Source: Podarcis cretensis (lineage: Eukaryota). From it: 64,000 nucleotides of DNA. Both the position numbers and the translations under genes were made by a program. Shown here piece after piece: positions 63,233 through 64,000 of the stretch (within the stretch, counting starts at the first letter, position 1; each line of letters starts with the position of its first letter). The DNA is taken from the NCBI GenBank assembly GCA_951804945.1, contig OX638151.1, positions 44,640,001 to 44,704,000 on the forward strand. The letters run 5' to 3'. The notes under the pieces are model-generated. The model was not told the DNA's origin. It ran no database searches and worked only from the letters and a program-made list of their open reading frames with translations.

Positions 63233-63393
63233 NNNNNNNNNNNNNNNNNNNNNNNNNNNNNNNNNNNNNNNNNNNNNNNNNNNNNNNNNNNNNNNNNNNN
63301 NNNNNNNNNNNNNNNNNNNNNNNNNNNNNNNNNNNNNNNNNNNNNNNNNNNNNNNNNNNNNNNNNNNNNNNNNNNNNNNNNNNNNNNNNNNNN
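63233..63393. other. Assembly gap (161 N)
   Basis: Run of N. Confidence 1.
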
Positions 63394-63960
63394 AAGAGAA
63401 CCTCAGCATTGTGCACGATAAGAGAATGTGTCAGTATTTCAGGGTTCTGCATTTTATCTGTAAAATGTGACTTTTTTTTTACCACAACAAAAGTAAAATG
63501 TTGCTTTGTATCTGGTGTCCTCTTATTAAAGATTTTCTTTTCTCTTCTCCCCCCCCCTTAAAAAATATTCTAAGAAACAGTCGAGAGTCATCAAAACAGA
63601 AAAGTTAGCAACCAGGCTTGTTGTGGCCCCATGAATACTAATACTATGTAAATAATGCTCATTACACTCCATCTTCTAACTCCATCCTCTCTATGCAGTT
63701 TCTAGGTATGGAAGAGGGGGAAGAGAAATAAGAATGGTTTTTTGGCAATAAGCTAGGTTGTATTTTTGTTTTTTAATTTGGCAAAGGGTTGAGGGTGGGT
63801 TGCAAAGCAAACCTAAAGATTAAATAGTGAAGGTGGAGTGCATGTAAAACCTGGTTGCTTTTGTCTGTGGAGGCTCAACTTGTGAAGGTACACACCATCA
63901 ACTTTTTTCCATTTGTTATGCATTTTGATTCTGAAAAAAAGCTGGCTCTGCCCATTTCTT

Positions 63961-63966
63961 ATTAAA
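63961..63966 (+). terminator. Candidate poly(A) signal ATTAAA
   Basis: Hexamer followed by GT/T-rich sequence (cttgttgt...gttgtct). Confidence 0.55.
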
Positions 63967-64000
63967 CAATCTTGTTGTAAATCCAGTTGTCTAATGGGAT

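Larger units (their letters stand above)
63209..64000 (+). other. HNRNPU: HNRNPU 3' UTR
   Basis: Follows the stop codon; free of recognisable repeats; several blocks resemble the recalled mammalian HNRNPU 3' UTR. Confidence 0.8.

Noticed and set aside
63075-63485. ORFs spanning the N run
   Set aside because: Artefacts of translating through the assembly gap.

Overview
This is eukaryotic genomic DNA from a squamate reptile. The Sauria SINE, Squam3-like SINE and Bov-B content suggests a lacertid lizard (inference). It holds three spliced genes in the same order and relative orientation as human 1q44. KIF26B is on the minus strand, with coding exons 1-2 at 9676-9614 and 8643-8242; the rest lies off the left edge. 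EFCAB2/DRC8 is on the minus strand and complete (7 coding exons, 41417-28826, 165 aa). HNRNPU/SAF-A is on the plus strand and complete (14 coding exons, 50514-63208, 838 aa), followed by its 3' UTR, which contains a 161-N gap. Each gene starts in a CpG island. Introns and intergenic DNA are full of transposon remnants: tRNA-derived SINEs, Bov-B/RTE/CR1/L2 LINE pieces, TA-flanked Tc1/mariner MITEs, hAT MITEs with 8-bp TSDs, and solo LTRs, several of them nested. Most ORFs in the supplied track are spurious. The best leads are (1) a TSD-flanked Penelope-like insertion with an intact minimal hammerhead ribozyme core, (2) four tandem hairpins with H/ACA-like boxes in HNRNPU intron 4, (3) a GC-AG intron and an A-tract tandem acceptor in HNRNPU, (4) an RFX X-box that also creates an overlapping uORF on EFCAB2, and (5) SINEs with different tRNA heads on one CR1-type tail. 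I found no clearly novel multi-gene system. Gene and repeat identities come from recognising the sequences, not from database searches.
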